DNA of 64,000 nucleotides from positions 19,726 through 83,725 of the forward strand of contig JBJKQR010000078.1 in assembly GCA_046735395.1 (NCBI GenBank). Reading direction: 5' to 3'. Source of the stretch: Fidelibacterota bacterium (GTDB taxonomy: Bacteria > Fidelibacterota > Fidelibacteria > Fidelibacterales > DSDE01). Positions 38,789 to 48,722 of this stretch are shown here, in pieces. Both the position numbers and the translations under genes were made by a program. The first letter of the stretch is position 1. Each line of letters begins with the position of its first letter. Below the pieces are notes generated by a model, which worked only from the letters and a program-made list of their open reading frames with translations, was not told the DNA's origin and did no database searches.

Positions 38789-41677
38789 TCATTGAACAAA
38801 CTGCAATGATCGGTTGAGAAGGATGATGGGATGGATGACGGGAAGCGATGTGCCCTGGGTAATCTGGAGCTGACAGGTACTGCATCCTGAGACGACGAGA
38901 CGCGGGGCGGCGCTGCGTATTTCCGAGAAGAGATCTGATCCCATTTTCATGCTGAAATCGAAGTGTTCCGTCTTCATTCCATAGGTGCCGGCCATCCCGC
39001 AGCAGCTGTCCTGAATGGGACGAATATTAAGGCCGGGAATGTGCTTCAGCAGGTCTGCGGGCTGAAAGGTATTTCCCTGGCTTTTCAGGTGACAGGGATC
39101 GTGGATGACCACGTCAATGGGCAGGGACGTGAAGGCCAGATTCGCGGGCAGGTCATCCAAATGGCGGCCGATGAAATCATGAATATCTTGACACTGCGCC
39201 ACGACGGTCCGAAGTCCGGGGAAACCGGGAAAGAATTTTTCGTATTCAAAGCGGAAGGCGTAGCCGCAGCTGGCTGACGAAAACAGAATAGGAATCCGGG
39301 CTTCGGCAAAAGGAAGCAGGGTTTCAATATTGAACTGCAGATCGTCTTCGCAGCCCTGTAGATTTCCATGACTGATGCGGGCGATATTACAGCAGCGCCA
39401 CAGCGGATGTATGACCTCGTACCCCAGCTTGGCCAGCAGCTGTTCACTGTGAGCCTGTTCTCCCTTGCTGTCATGGTAATTGGCCGAGCATCCGGACCAG
39501 AGGACTACCTGGGGCTTCTCCGGATTTTTTCCTCCCGCCGATCGAAAAACGCTGTCCTCAACCCGGCTCTTTTCAAATTTGAATAGAGTGCGGTCACGGT
39601 GAATTCCGGCGCTTTTCTCAAGAATAATCCGAAAACCTCTGTTCTGTAAAGCCACGTTGGAAAAGGGCAGGGTCATGCTTCCCAGTTCATTGATGACTTT
39701 ACCCTGCTGAAGGATTTTTTCTCCGAATGTGAAGGGAATGGCCGACCGTGCCGCTTCCCGTCCCTTGACGGCAAGAGCGGGAATATCGACACCCGTGGGA
39801 CAGCTGTCGAGACAGAGGCCGCAGTTCAGACAGAAATCCATTATATCCAGAAAGCGTTGATCGGTGAGGCTTTCATCCGGCAGGTCTCCCCGGAGGACGG
39901 CCCTGAGAATATTGGCTTTGGACCGGCCATCAGCCCGCGCGTCACCGCTGGCAATGAATGAGGGACAGTAGCTTCTGCAGGTTCCGCAGCCATGACAGGA
40001 TTCAATGATGCTGCGCCAGGATCCGCCGCCGGGAAAATCCTGCGTGGCGGACACTTGGCCAGGAGGCCCGGGCCGCAGCTGTTCAGTCCAGATCCGACGG
40101 GCAGCGGGGCCGGCGATGATGCCCGGATTCATCAGATTATCAGGATCAAAAACCTGTTTGATCGCTTCGAAAAGGGGCATGAGCCGGGGGAACATTTTGG
40201 GGAGATAGGGGGTGCGAAGCCTGCCGTCTCCATGCTCGCCGCTGAGTGTTCCGCCAAAGGACCGGACCAGCGAGCTGAAATCTTCAGCCAGTATTCCCGC
40301 TCTGCGGAGTGTATCCGGATCACGCAGATCCATGAGCGGACGAATATGAAGATTTGCGCTGCCCGCGTGGCCGAACATGACAAAATCGAAGCCGCTGCGT
40401 TCGAGCAGGGAGCGTGCAGCTTTGAGAAAATCAGGAAATTTTTGTCTGCTGACTGCTGAGTCTTCAATAATACTCACCGGTTTTCGGGGTCCGGGGATGC
40501 GGTGCAGGACCGCTGTGGCTGAATTACGAATATCATATATGGCTTCAATATCGCTTTCATCCCAGGCACTGTCCAGCTGCAGGGTCGGCGAGATATTCAG
40601 AAGACCGGACCGGAGGCGGGACACACTTTCCCGCAAGTCCCTCTCATTCTGTCCGCTGTATTCGGCAAAAAGAACGATTTCACAGCTGTCAGGCAGCAAA
40701 TGTCCGATTTCGGGCCGAAAGGATCTGGCGAGGTCAAGAAAAGTCCTGTCAACAAATTCGATGCTGTCCGGTTCCATTTCATGCAGGCCTGTCAGTACAG
40801 GGCCAAGATCTTCCGGATCCTCGATCTGCAGTGACAGCACCATTCTTGTATCCGGTATTGCCACGGTCTCGAGCACCGCGGACTGAAAAATTCCCAGGCT
40901 TCCTTCAGATCCGCAGAGGAGCTGAGGCAGATGGAGCAGGTTGTTTTCCAGAACATTCCAGACCTGGTAGCCACTGGCGTTTTTCGTACTGCCGGGGCTT
41001 TCTTCGCGGATGGCATCAGCATATTCATTGAGACTGTCATACAGAATCCGGGACAATTTATTGAGGCGGGTGTCACTGCTGTTCATTTCCGTAATGGAAA
41101 CCGACTCGGCGTGGATACCTTCACCATCGGCAAGGATGAAATCCACAGACCGGACAAAATTCCGGATATTGCCGTATTTTACACTCCGGCTTCCGCCTGA
41201 ATTATTCGCCAGCATTCCGCCCAGAGTGCAGAATTTTCCGCTGCTCGGATTCGGACCGATCATGCGTCCCTTTTCGGCGGCAACTTTCTGAACATCCTGG
41301 AATACGGCGCCTGCTTCCACCCGGATATATCTGTCGTCAATCCAACGAATATCTGTCAGGTATTTGCTCAGGTCGAAGACAACGGCGGAATTCACGCTTC
41401 CGCCGGTCAGGCTTGATCCGGCTCCCCGCGGCAGCATGGGGATCCGGAGAGAATGGCAGGCCGCGACGGCAGTTTTCAGGTCGTCCCCATCCCTCGGGTA
41501 CAGAACTGCCAGGGGTGTCTCCTGAAATATACAGGCGGCGCTGGCATATAATTGTCGGGAAAATACATCCGTCTGCAGCTCCCCGCGGAATCGCCCCTCA
41601 AGTGCTGCGGCCAGATCAGATATTGCGTCTGAGGTTTCCATAACGGGGATATTAGAGAATTGCGTGGGAAAGCTCAA
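38789..41677 (-). CDS. FAD-linked, Fe-S-containing oxidoreductase (GlcD-GlpC fusion type)
   Basis: PRGAGSSL, GSEGSLG, GEHGDG, CHGCGTC, CLNCGLC..SCP and CCG domains. Start could be ATG 41641. Confidence 0.9.
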   Translation of the reverse strand: MSFPTQFSNIPVMETSDAISDLAAALEGRFRGELQTDVFSRQLYASAACIFQETPLAVLYPRDGDDLKTAVAACHSLRIPMLPRGAGSSLTGGSVNSAVVFDLSKYLTDIRWIDDRYIRVEAGAVFQDVQKVAAEKGRMIGPNPSSGKFCTLGGMLANNSGGSRSVKYGNIRNFVRSVDFILADGEGIHAESVSITEMNSSDTRLNKLSRILYDSLNEYADAIREESPGSTKNASGYQVWNVLENNLLHLPQLLCGSEGSLGIFQSAVLETVAIPDTRMVLSLQIEDPEDLGPVLTGLHEMEPDSIEFVDRTFLDLARSFRPEIGHLLPDSCEIVLFAEYSGQNERDLRESVSRLRSGLLNISPTLQLDSAWDESDIEAIYDIRNSATAVLHRIPGPRKPVSIIEDSAVSRQKFPDFLKAARSLLERSGFDFVMFGHAGSANLHIRPLMDLRDPDTLRRAGILAEDFSSLVRSFGGTLSGEHGDGRLRTPYLPKMFPRLMPLFEAIKQVFDPDNLMNPGIIAGPAARRIWTEQLRPGPPGQVSATQDFPGGGSWRSIIESCHGCGTCRSYCPSFIASGDARADGRSKANILRAVLRGDLPDESLTDQRFLDIMDFCLNCGLCLDSCPTGVDIPALAVKGREAARSAIPFTFGEKILQQGKVINELGSMTLPFSNVALQNRGFRIILEKSAGIHRDRTLFKFEKSRVEDSVFRSAGGKNPEKPQVVLWSGCSANYHDSKGEQAHSEQLLAKLGYEVIHPLWRCCNIARISHGNLQGCEDDLQFNIETLLPFAEARIPILFSSASCGYAFRFEYEKFFPGFPGLRTVVAQCQDIHDFIGRHLDDLPANLAFTSLPIDVVIHDPCHLKSQGNTFQPADLLKHIPGLNIRPIQDSCCGMAGTYGMKTEHFDFSMKMGSDLFSEIRSAAPRLVVSGCSTCQLQITQGTSLPVIHPIILLNRSLQFVQ

Positions 41678-41730
41678 CTGAAAAATCAGCGGAGTGCAGC
41701 CGGTTCCGGATTATAAAAAATTGAATGAAT

Positions 41731-41761
41731 AAAAAAAATCCTTCAGAGCTGAAGGATTTTT
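41731..41761 (-). terminator. Intrinsic terminator after tRNA-Lys
   Basis: AAAAATCCTTCA-GAGC-TGAAGGATTTTT, with a T-tract on the minus strand. Confidence 0.85.
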
Positions 41762-41762
41762 G

Positions 41763-41835
41763 TGAGTGCGGAAGGATTCGAACCTTCGACCAATGCCTTA
41801 AAAGGGCACTGCTCTACCAACTGAGCTACGCACCC
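41763..41835 (-). tRNA. tRNA-Lys(UUU), CCA not encoded
   Basis: Reverse complement GGGTGCGTAGCTCAGTTGGTAGAGCAGTGCC-CTTTTAA-GGCATTGGTCGAAGGTTCGAATCCTTCCGCACTCA folds as a cloverleaf with anticodon TTT. Confidence 0.96.
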
Positions 41836-41854
41836 GCTTTTGAAAAAGCCCGAT

Positions 41855-41883
41855 ATTATAGAAAAATTAATCGTATGAATCAA
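41855..41883 (-). promoter_or_regulatory. sigma70 promoter of tRNA-Lys
   Basis: TTGATT-17nt-TATAAT on the minus strand. Confidence 0.8.
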
Positions 41884-42028
41884 GAATAAATTTCAGGAAA
41901 AATCCCTGAATAAAGAAGCTGTCATCCTCTGAAAAATCAGACGGGGAGATTCAACACTGCAAACGAAGCGGATCCGGAATTATTTACAGGATATTCAGCG
42001 AAGCTGCTTGGTGGTGTCTGTACATTTG

Positions 42029-45000
42029 TCATTTGATCAGGATGCCCTTCTGGCGCAGTACCTGCTGATCAACGGTGAGGATAAAAACATACATACCGGC
42101 GGACAGATGGCCATAGCCGCTGCTTCCCAGATTCCAGATGAACTGATGATCTCCCCGGCTTTGCATTTCGCTGAACAGCACAGCGCTTCTCTGCCCGCGC
42201 AGGTTGTAAATCTCCAGCTTGCAGTGAGAATAGAAGGGGAGTGAATAACTGATGGTGACTTTGGTCGTAAACGGATTGGGCTGGAGCGGATCAAGGGAGG
42301 CACGGCCGGACCCCTGACGGCCGAGCCCGTCATCATTTTCGATATGCCCCACATTGAAAGCCCAGGGTACATAATCAGTCTGGCTGCCCCAGGCCGAATT
42401 TCCCATCTTGTCACTGACCCGGATTTTCCAGAAATACCGTGTGTTGTCGTAGAGTTCATTATCATCATCAATGCGGTATTGTGTATCCGTAATGTCATCG
42501 ATGACGATCACGTCCTTGGTAAACAGGCTGTCTTCACAGATGAAAATCGTATAGTGCAACTCATCATTCAGATCCGGATCCGAGCTGGGTTTCCAGGTAA
42601 AAAGAGGTTTGGTGCTGAGGGTGTCCTGATCATTGGTCGGTTTGAGTATACTGAAGGGAAGGGGCGACTCGGGAAAAAGATCCACACCGAAACGGACAGG
42701 GCCTGTCCAGTCTGAAAAGACGGAATCCGCGGTTTCCAGCCTGATTTTAAAATATCCCCAACAATTGTCATAGAAGGACAGAGTATCCTGAAAACGTCCG
42801 AAGGGAGCGGCATTGATATGATAGGTCCGGGTTTCATCGTGCTTCGGGAAAGTGATTTCGATATCGGCGGCCAGATTCCGATCGAGCGGCCCGGGATCCA
42901 AATAGGTGATGGCATTCCAGCCAAACAGCGGCCTGGAATCATGAAAAATGGTGGTATCACTGAAATTCAGAGCGGATTCGTAGATTCTGGGAGCTTCACG
43001 CATGGAATTAATCCAGAATATCCGGTCTGCAGACCAGGGACTCTTTTCTCCGTAACTATCCACGGCACGCACCCTGAAGTGATATTCCCCGTTTTCATCC
43101 AGTTCGTTCCGGATATGCCATGAACAGATTCCCGGAGCGGTGTGAACCTCCTGGATGACACTGTCGCCGGCCAGAATCTGAGCATCATAACTCAGATCCT
43201 CAGGATGGGTGCCCGGGTCCGGATCATCGGTGTTCTTCCACATAAAGAGGGGGGACCGGCTGCGGACGACCTGGCTGTCCGCCGGAAAGACAACTCTGCT
43301 GACCGGATCCGGAGCCTCATTTCGGGTGTTAAGCCGGAAAAAACCGGTTCGGGAAAAAGAGGAACGGAGCCGGCCCTGATCCTGAGCGTAAATCCGGAAA
43401 TAATATCCTTCATTTTCCCTCAGGCGATGAAAAACAGGGTAGAGATTAAGCTGAATGAGAATTTCGCTGTCATCGTTCGGTAGTTCGTATAACAGTCCCT
43501 TCCGGTAGTAAATTAAATTTCCGTTTTTCTGAACATCGCCGGTACGCCCCCAGTTACTGATGCGATTATAGGTACCGGCATAGGGGGAAAGCCTGGAATG
43601 GTCATCTGTCCTCAGGTGAATGATATGGCTGGTGAAGAGTGAATCCCGGCAGAATTCGACGATGTAGGAAAGTGTATCAAAGGGATCCGGGTCAAAGGAC
43701 GCTTTCCAGCCGATCTGTCCGAGTATGGGCAGGATCTCTCCGGATGGCGGTAAAAATATTTCGGGCCGGGTCGGCGCCTCATTGCGCAGATTGAGGTAAA
43801 AGTAATGCCAGCGGCTCCAGGGTGAAAAGAGGCCCGTGTCATCCTCGCCGCGAATACGGTAGTAGTAAACGCTGTTTTCCTGCATTTGTCCCGTATCTAC
43901 ACCGATGGTGGGTCTGTGCACATAATAAAAGTACGGTGCGATTGCAGACGTATCGGATCGGAATTCCACTTCGTAATGAAGAGAATCCGGAGCGTCGGAA
44001 AAATCATTGTCTACCAGTCCCCTCCAGCTGATGACCAGGCTGCTGTCTCTGAGGACCATCCCATCAGCGGGTGTGATCCGTTCTGCTATCCAGTAGGGAG
44101 CATCCTCCTCCTTGTTGAAATTAAAATCAGCCTTTTCTGAAAATGCCGATTCACCGCCCCAGCCATCCACAGCCTTTACCCGCCAGAATATCCAGCTGTC
44201 ATCTTGAAAAGAGTCTTTAATCCGGCCCAGCCGGAAGCTTGTATCCGTTCCGGCTTCGACACTGCCGATGAGGGGAATGAAGGTTTCAGATTCTGAAAAC
44301 TCAATGCTGTAATGCAGGGAATCCTCATCCGGATCGCTGCCGGCCTTCCAACGGATATAATCGCTGCTGTCCAGCTCCTGAGTATAGAAGGGTGTAATAA
44401 TTTCAGGTATGGACGGCGGCCGGTTGCTGCCATCCGAAAAATGGATGATGCGCTCTCCTCGACCGGAGTTGTATTTTCCCCGTTCATCGCTGACCTTCAT
44501 GGACAGGCGGTAGGCGTGGTGATTCCGCAGTAAGCCGACCGGAGCTCCGTGGCGGCCTTTATCCGATTTGGGGATGTTTCGTGAAAATAACTCCAGACTG
44601 TCACCCGTGTTGAAATCCCGGACTTCGCCCTGATAAATCAGCCTTGTATCCTGCTGATTCATATCCCAGGAGGATGTCCAGTACACGGAATCTGCCGCAT
44701 TAACCGTATCTCTGACCATATAGAAGCTGAATTCTTCCGGTGCGTCATTCACAGTGTCCGTAAAGAACCGGAGGGTATCTGCCTCCGACCAGCTGCCATG
44801 ACTGTCCACGGCCATGATGTGCACCCATGCCGGCCGGTTTTCCTCCGGCCCTCCGCTGTAGCGAATACTGCTGTCTCCGGCGGCGGCTACGAAATGACGG
44901 TAGATGACGAAGCCTTCCGGATCCTGAGTAATGTTCAAAATATAGCGTGAAACGCTGTCGTCCGGATCTGAATCAAAGGAGGCTTTCCAGCTGATGCGGT

Positions 45001-45943
45001 AGGGATAGGATTTAACAATCCGGTCCGCATTTTTTATCAATACGGGCTTTGACGGCCCGGTATTGATTCTGTCATATATAAAGGTGTTGCTGACAAGTGC
45101 AGGGCCCGGTCTCCCCCTGCTGTCACGGAGCCGGATGGACAAAGACCAGTTCTGATTATCCTCGGTTGAATCAGAAAGCAGATCATCAAGAAAAATGGAA
45201 TCTGTACTACCGAAAATCGTTTCCCTGCGGAACTCCCGGCTGCTGTGAAGAATGTCCACAATAATTTCGGACACCGGATCATTTTCCGGATCGGTAAAGG
45301 AAGGCAGATGAATCCGGAAATGTCCGCTGCAGACCGGCGGCAGGAAAAGCATCGAATCACTGAAAACCGGACCTTTGTTGAGTGAATCCAGATCGAAGCA
45401 GAGAGGATCCGACCACTCACCCCATTTTACTGCGGAAACATAGCGCAGAGTAACGTAAATACGCTTGATACTGTCCGGGACCGAGGACAGGTTATAGCGC
45501 TGGGTTCCGGCTGGAATGTATTTCTGGGAAAGGAGGGTTCCATCCTCCTGAGTCGTGAGAATTTCCAGTTCGGCGGCGGATTTGGGTGGGTCCGTATTCA
45601 GAATGAATCCACGCCCATTGATGAAAAAGGGTGAAGGTTGGGGGGCAGGGAAGCGGGAAAAACCTGACAGAACCGTATCCGCATAGAGACGGTCGGCACT
45701 GTCGATGATGAGGTGCAGGGTATCGCTGTACAACGGAAGCAGGACTGTCTGGCTGTCCTGGGCGGGCTTCATGAGATAAATACTGCTGTCCAGATCATTC
45801 TGAACAAAAATATAGACGGTGTCCGGCATTGCCGGCAGACGATTGATGCGGATCTGCGTATCCAGAATATCAAACAGGCCGCCTGCCTGAAGAATGGAAA
45901 ATACAAGCAAGCCCGACAGCCCTGTCATTAACCGGGAAATCAT
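42029..45943 (-). CDS. Large T9SS-sorted protein with about 9 tandem FN3/Ig-like repeats
   Basis: Start MISRL at 45943 (ATGA overlap with mutY stop) gives a signal peptide. Repeats follow N-x-A/P-P...W..S.DPD..D.L.Y; CTD PNPF...IYNLRGQ...W...SAGMY...QKGILIK. Confidence 0.83.
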   Translation of the reverse strand: MISRLMTGLSGLLVFSILQAGGLFDILDTQIRINRLPAMPDTVYIFVQNDLDSSIYLMKPAQDSQTVLLPLYSDTLHLIIDSADRLYADTVLSGFSRFPAPQPSPFFINGRGFILNTDPPKSAAELEILTTQEDGTLLSQKYIPAGTQRYNLSSVPDSIKRIYVTLRYVSAVKWGEWSDPLCFDLDSLNKGPVFSDSMLFLPPVCSGHFRIHLPSFTDPENDPVSEIIVDILHSSREFRRETIFGSTDSIFLDDLLSDSTEDNQNWSLSIRLRDSRGRPGPALVSNTFIYDRINTGPSKPVLIKNADRIVKSYPYRISWKASFDSDPDDSVSRYILNITQDPEGFVIYRHFVAAAGDSSIRYSGGPEENRPAWVHIMAVDSHGSWSEADTLRFFTDTVNDAPEEFSFYMVRDTVNAADSVYWTSSWDMNQQDTRLIYQGEVRDFNTGDSLELFSRNIPKSDKGRHGAPVGLLRNHHAYRLSMKVSDERGKYNSGRGERIIHFSDGSNRPPSIPEIITPFYTQELDSSDYIRWKAGSDPDEDSLHYSIEFSESETFIPLIGSVEAGTDTSFRLGRIKDSFQDDSWIFWRVKAVDGWGGESAFSEKADFNFNKEEDAPYWIAERITPADGMVLRDSSLVISWRGLVDNDFSDAPDSLHYEVEFRSDTSAIAPYFYYVHRPTIGVDTGQMQENSVYYYRIRGEDDTGLFSPWSRWHYFYLNLRNEAPTRPEIFLPPSGEILPILGQIGWKASFDPDPFDTLSYIVEFCRDSLFTSHIIHLRTDDHSRLSPYAGTYNRISNWGRTGDVQKNGNLIYYRKGLLYELPNDDSEILIQLNLYPVFHRLRENEGYYFRIYAQDQGRLRSSFSRTGFFRLNTRNEAPDPVSRVVFPADSQVVRSRSPLFMWKNTDDPDPGTHPEDLSYDAQILAGDSVIQEVHTAPGICSWHIRNELDENGEYHFRVRAVDSYGEKSPWSADRIFWINSMREAPRIYESALNFSDTTIFHDSRPLFGWNAITYLDPGPLDRNLAADIEITFPKHDETRTYHINAAPFGRFQDTLSFYDNCWGYFKIRLETADSVFSDWTGPVRFGVDLFPESPLPFSILKPTNDQDTLSTKPLFTWKPSSDPDLNDELHYTIFICEDSLFTKDVIVIDDITDTQYRIDDDNELYDNTRYFWKIRVSDKMGNSAWGSQTDYVPWAFNVGHIENDDGLGRQGSGRASLDPLQPNPFTTKVTISYSLPFYSHCKLEIYNLRGQRSAVLFSEMQSRGDHQFIWNLGSSGYGHLSAGMYVFILTVDQQVLRQKGILIK

Positions 45944-47004
45944 CGATCCGAAAGTCCTGCGATTTTCATTGCTTTGATGTGGACCTGCGGACGGGCGTAG
46001 GTTTCGAGTTCCTCCGGATTTACCCATTCGAATTTGTCCCAATACGCATTCCACCACGGAGTTCGGAGGGTTGCTGAGTACACCTGAAAATCAACCTTGA
46101 AATGAGAATACTGGTGAACCGCATGTTCCCGGTAGTTGCTGAGCAGATCAATATCATTGGCCAGTGTGAAATCAGCCAGAGGTGCTTCATCGTAGTAGGT
46201 ATTCGGGAACTCCCACAAGCCCGGAAGCATTTTCCCGGGCTGACGGCGAACCAGCAGATATTTCCCCTTTTCCTCAATAATAAAAATAGCACCTTTTCGG
46301 AGGGGCACCGCATTTTTCGCAGGTCGAACCGGAAAGTCCTCCATCGTATTGTGCTGATAGGACTCACAGTAATCCCGGATGGGGCATATATGGCATTTGG
46401 GGGCTTTGCTGCAGACCAGAGCACCCAGCTCCATCCAGGCCTGGTTCATCTCTGAGGGAGCATGATCAAAGTAACTTCTTTCAATGAGTGTCCTGCAGGT
46501 CTGATGAAATGCCCGGGTTCGGGAATCTGTGTAAATTTCAAATAATCTGGACATGACTCTCTTCGTATTACCGTCCACTACGCCTTCACGTTGGTCGAAG
46601 GCTATGCTGGCGATGGCCGCCGCTGTGTAGGGGCCGATACCGGGGATGCTCAGGAGCTCGGAAACCTGTGATGGAATGACTCCACCAAAATTTTCCAATA
46701 TGAAGCGCGCACCCTTTCGCAGATTTGCAGCACGGTTGTAATATCCCAGCCCTTCCCATAATTTTAATATGATATCCATATCCGCTCCGGCCAGATCGGT
46801 GAGAGTGGGGAAGGTCTGTATCCAGCGTTCAAAATAGGGAATGACGGTTTTATTCTGCGTCTGCTGCAGCATTACTTCAGAAATCCAGATAAAGTACGGA
46901 TCTTTGCTGCGCCGCCAGGGCACATCACGCCGGTTTCGGGTATACCAGCCGATGAGCAGTCCGCTCAGTTCCGCCGGAAGTGTGTAGATATCTGCTTCGT
47001 TCAT
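45940..47004 (-). CDS. mutY: A/G-specific adenine glycosylase
   Basis: WISEVMLQQT, GLGYYNRA, PGIGPYTA, VDGN, Fe-S loop C..APKC..CPI...C and a NUDIX-like tail (LWEFP). Confidence 0.96.
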   Translation of the reverse strand: MNEADIYTLPAELSGLLIGWYTRNRRDVPWRRSKDPYFIWISEVMLQQTQNKTVIPYFERWIQTFPTLTDLAGADMDIILKLWEGLGYYNRAANLRKGARFILENFGGVIPSQVSELLSIPGIGPYTAAAIASIAFDQREGVVDGNTKRVMSRLFEIYTDSRTRAFHQTCRTLIERSYFDHAPSEMNQAWMELGALVCSKAPKCHICPIRDYCESYQHNTMEDFPVRPAKNAVPLRKGAIFIIEEKGKYLLVRRQPGKMLPGLWEFPNTYYDEAPLADFTLANDIDLLSNYREHAVHQYSHFKVDFQVYSATLRTPWWNAYWDKFEWVNPEELETYARPQVHIKAMKIAGLSDR

Positions 47005-47900
47005 TGTCGTAACCTGTTCAATTCATAAATATGTTCGGGACTGCTACCGCAGCAGGCCCCGAGTAGTGATGCCCCCTGTTCTTGCCAGGATTGGGCTGCG
47101 AGCCGGTACTCATGGGGTGAATACAGAGACTCGGGCAATTCCGTTGCGTGGGACCAGGCTTCATGATTCCCATCATGATGATCCAGATTGGCATAGAAGC
47201 CGAAGGGACGCTTCAGATGTTGAAATGCGGGGACCAGGTGATTTATAACGGAAACCGCAGAGCAGTTCAGCAGCAGTCCGGAAACAGAATCCTGTTCAGC
47301 CAGAGCGAGAAAATCATTCAGATCATCCCCATTGATCAGAGTTCCGGAAGCAGTTGCCATCACTGAAATCAGTATGGGCTGACGGGCATAGTGCTGAGCC
47401 AGCTTCAGGGCGAGCGTCAGTTCATTCAGGGAGTTGTGGGTTTCCAGCAGAATGAGGTCCGGTGCGCAGTCAATGCCGATTTTAAGCAGATGTTCAAAAT
47501 TTTCTGCCGCCGCAGCATCACCCGGATAATCTCCGGGCAGGTAGCAATCAGCTGAAGGCGCTATAGACAGGGCAATTTTTCCTCCGTGAAACGCCTCTCT
47601 GGCGCTATGGGCACAGTCCATGGCTTTACGGATATGATCGGCTGACGCTTTTTCCGGTTGAGAAATCCCGGCTCTAAAAAAGCTGTGGAGTCCGGATCGA
47701 AAGGTATTTGCGGTGATAATATCAGCACCCGCTTCCAGATATTCTCTGTGCAGGGCAATAAGTTCTCGGGAATGGCTGAAGACCGCCGGGGCTGTCCATA
47801 ATAGCGGATGTTCCCGGTAGCCTCTGCGGATCAATTCCGTTCCGAGGGCGCCGTCCAAAAGAGTAAAGCTCTGGCCGCTTTCCATACCCGATTTCATCAA
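47001..47900 (-). CDS. Homocysteine S-methyltransferase family protein (stand-alone)
   Basis: LLDGALGTEL, H..YLEAGADII.ANTF, LET and Zn ligands LLNC and GACCG. Confidence 0.9.
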   Translation of the reverse strand: MMKSGMESGQSFTLLDGALGTELIRRGYREHPLLWTAPAVFSHSRELIALHREYLEAGADIITANTFRSGLHSFFRAGISQPEKASADHIRKAMDCAHSAREAFHGGKIALSIAPSADCYLPGDYPGDAAAAENFEHLLKIGIDCAPDLILLETHNSLNELTLALKLAQHYARQPILISVMATASGTLINGDDLNDFLALAEQDSVSGLLLNCSAVSVINHLVPAFQHLKRPFGFYANLDHHDGNHEAWSHATELPESLYSPHEYRLAAQSWQEQGASLLGACCGSSPEHIYELNRLRQ

Positions 47901-48036
47901 CCCCCGCTAAAAAGAGAGATTTCAGTCCCCTTCCCGAATTGCACAGTTACAGGTAACCTGATTCGGGAAAAGCGCCGGTTATCCGGTTCTGCGTATCACA
48001 CCATCCGCCTTAATGATAATTTAATCTACCTTATTC

Positions 48037-48068
48037 AAAAGCTCACACCAGCATCGGCCGGTGTGAGC
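48037..48068 (-). terminator. Probable terminator of the RRM gene
   Basis: GCTCACACC/GGTGTGAGC stem followed by TTTT on the minus strand. Confidence 0.6.
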
Positions 48069-48205
48069 ACTTACCTGACATTCTGTATAAATGTTAGTAA
48101 AATCCGGAATAAAGGCAAAGAACTAAATCCGTCAAGCGGATTAGGCATTACAACTCAAAAACCAGAAAAGCCAATCAGTGAAAAGGCTGTATAAAAAGTC
48201 TGAGC

Positions 48206-48475
48206 TTAATATTCCGAACGCCGGGGCGTATTTTCTCTGGGTTTGGCTTCATTAACTTTCAGTGTGCGTCCACCATTGTCTGCACCGTTCAGTTCTTTGA
48301 TTGCTGTGTCGCCAGCATCTTTGTCAGCCATTTCCACAAAGCCAAAGCCACGGGATCTGCCGGTTTCCCTGTCTCTGATGATTTTTGCGCTGACAACGGC
48401 GCCGAATTGCCCGAAGAGGGTGCTGAGTTCTGCTTCAGTCATCTGAAACGACAGATTTCCAACATAAATATTCAT
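48206..48475 (-). CDS. RRM RNA-binding protein
   Basis: RNP2 IYVGNL, RNP1 RGFGFVEM and LKVNEAKPR; AAGGAG RBS. Confidence 0.96.
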   Translation of the reverse strand: MNIYVGNLSFQMTEAELSTLFGQFGAVVSAKIIRDRETGRSRGFGFVEMADKDAGDTAIKELNGADNGGRTLKVNEAKPRENTPRRSEY

Positions 48476-48722
48476 CGATTCTCCTTTTTTGTGAATAGCC
48501 GAAAACTCCCGATACCCAATCTAATTAGTATTGCAGTTCGTGATTTAATAATGCAGCCTACTCACTTTATTGTTTCTCTGTGCAAATATTACATAAATAA
48601 TTGTATGGTTCAAATAAAAATGTTTAAATATCGTAAACATTTTATATACATAAAAATATTTATTTCAATCATTTAACCACTTGAAGCTAATATTTGTCCA
48701 TTCACGGGCAGAAAAATGCGCC

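Noticed and set aside
41763..45943. tRNA-Lys as an integration site for an island
   Set aside because: No integrase and no duplicated tRNA 3' end seen; the tRNA has its own promoter and terminator.
45944..46057. ORF-track N-terminal extensions (46057, 56624, 53436, 18775, 14197, 5437, 51139)
   Set aside because: Downstream starts give better RBS, signal peptides or stop-start coupling, so coordinates were trimmed.
47905..48030. SAM-I, cobalamin or fluoride riboswitch call
   Set aside because: Only fragmentary resemblance (TTATC, GGGAAG, GATGGTGT); core consensus elements are missing, so it is kept only as an unassigned structure.
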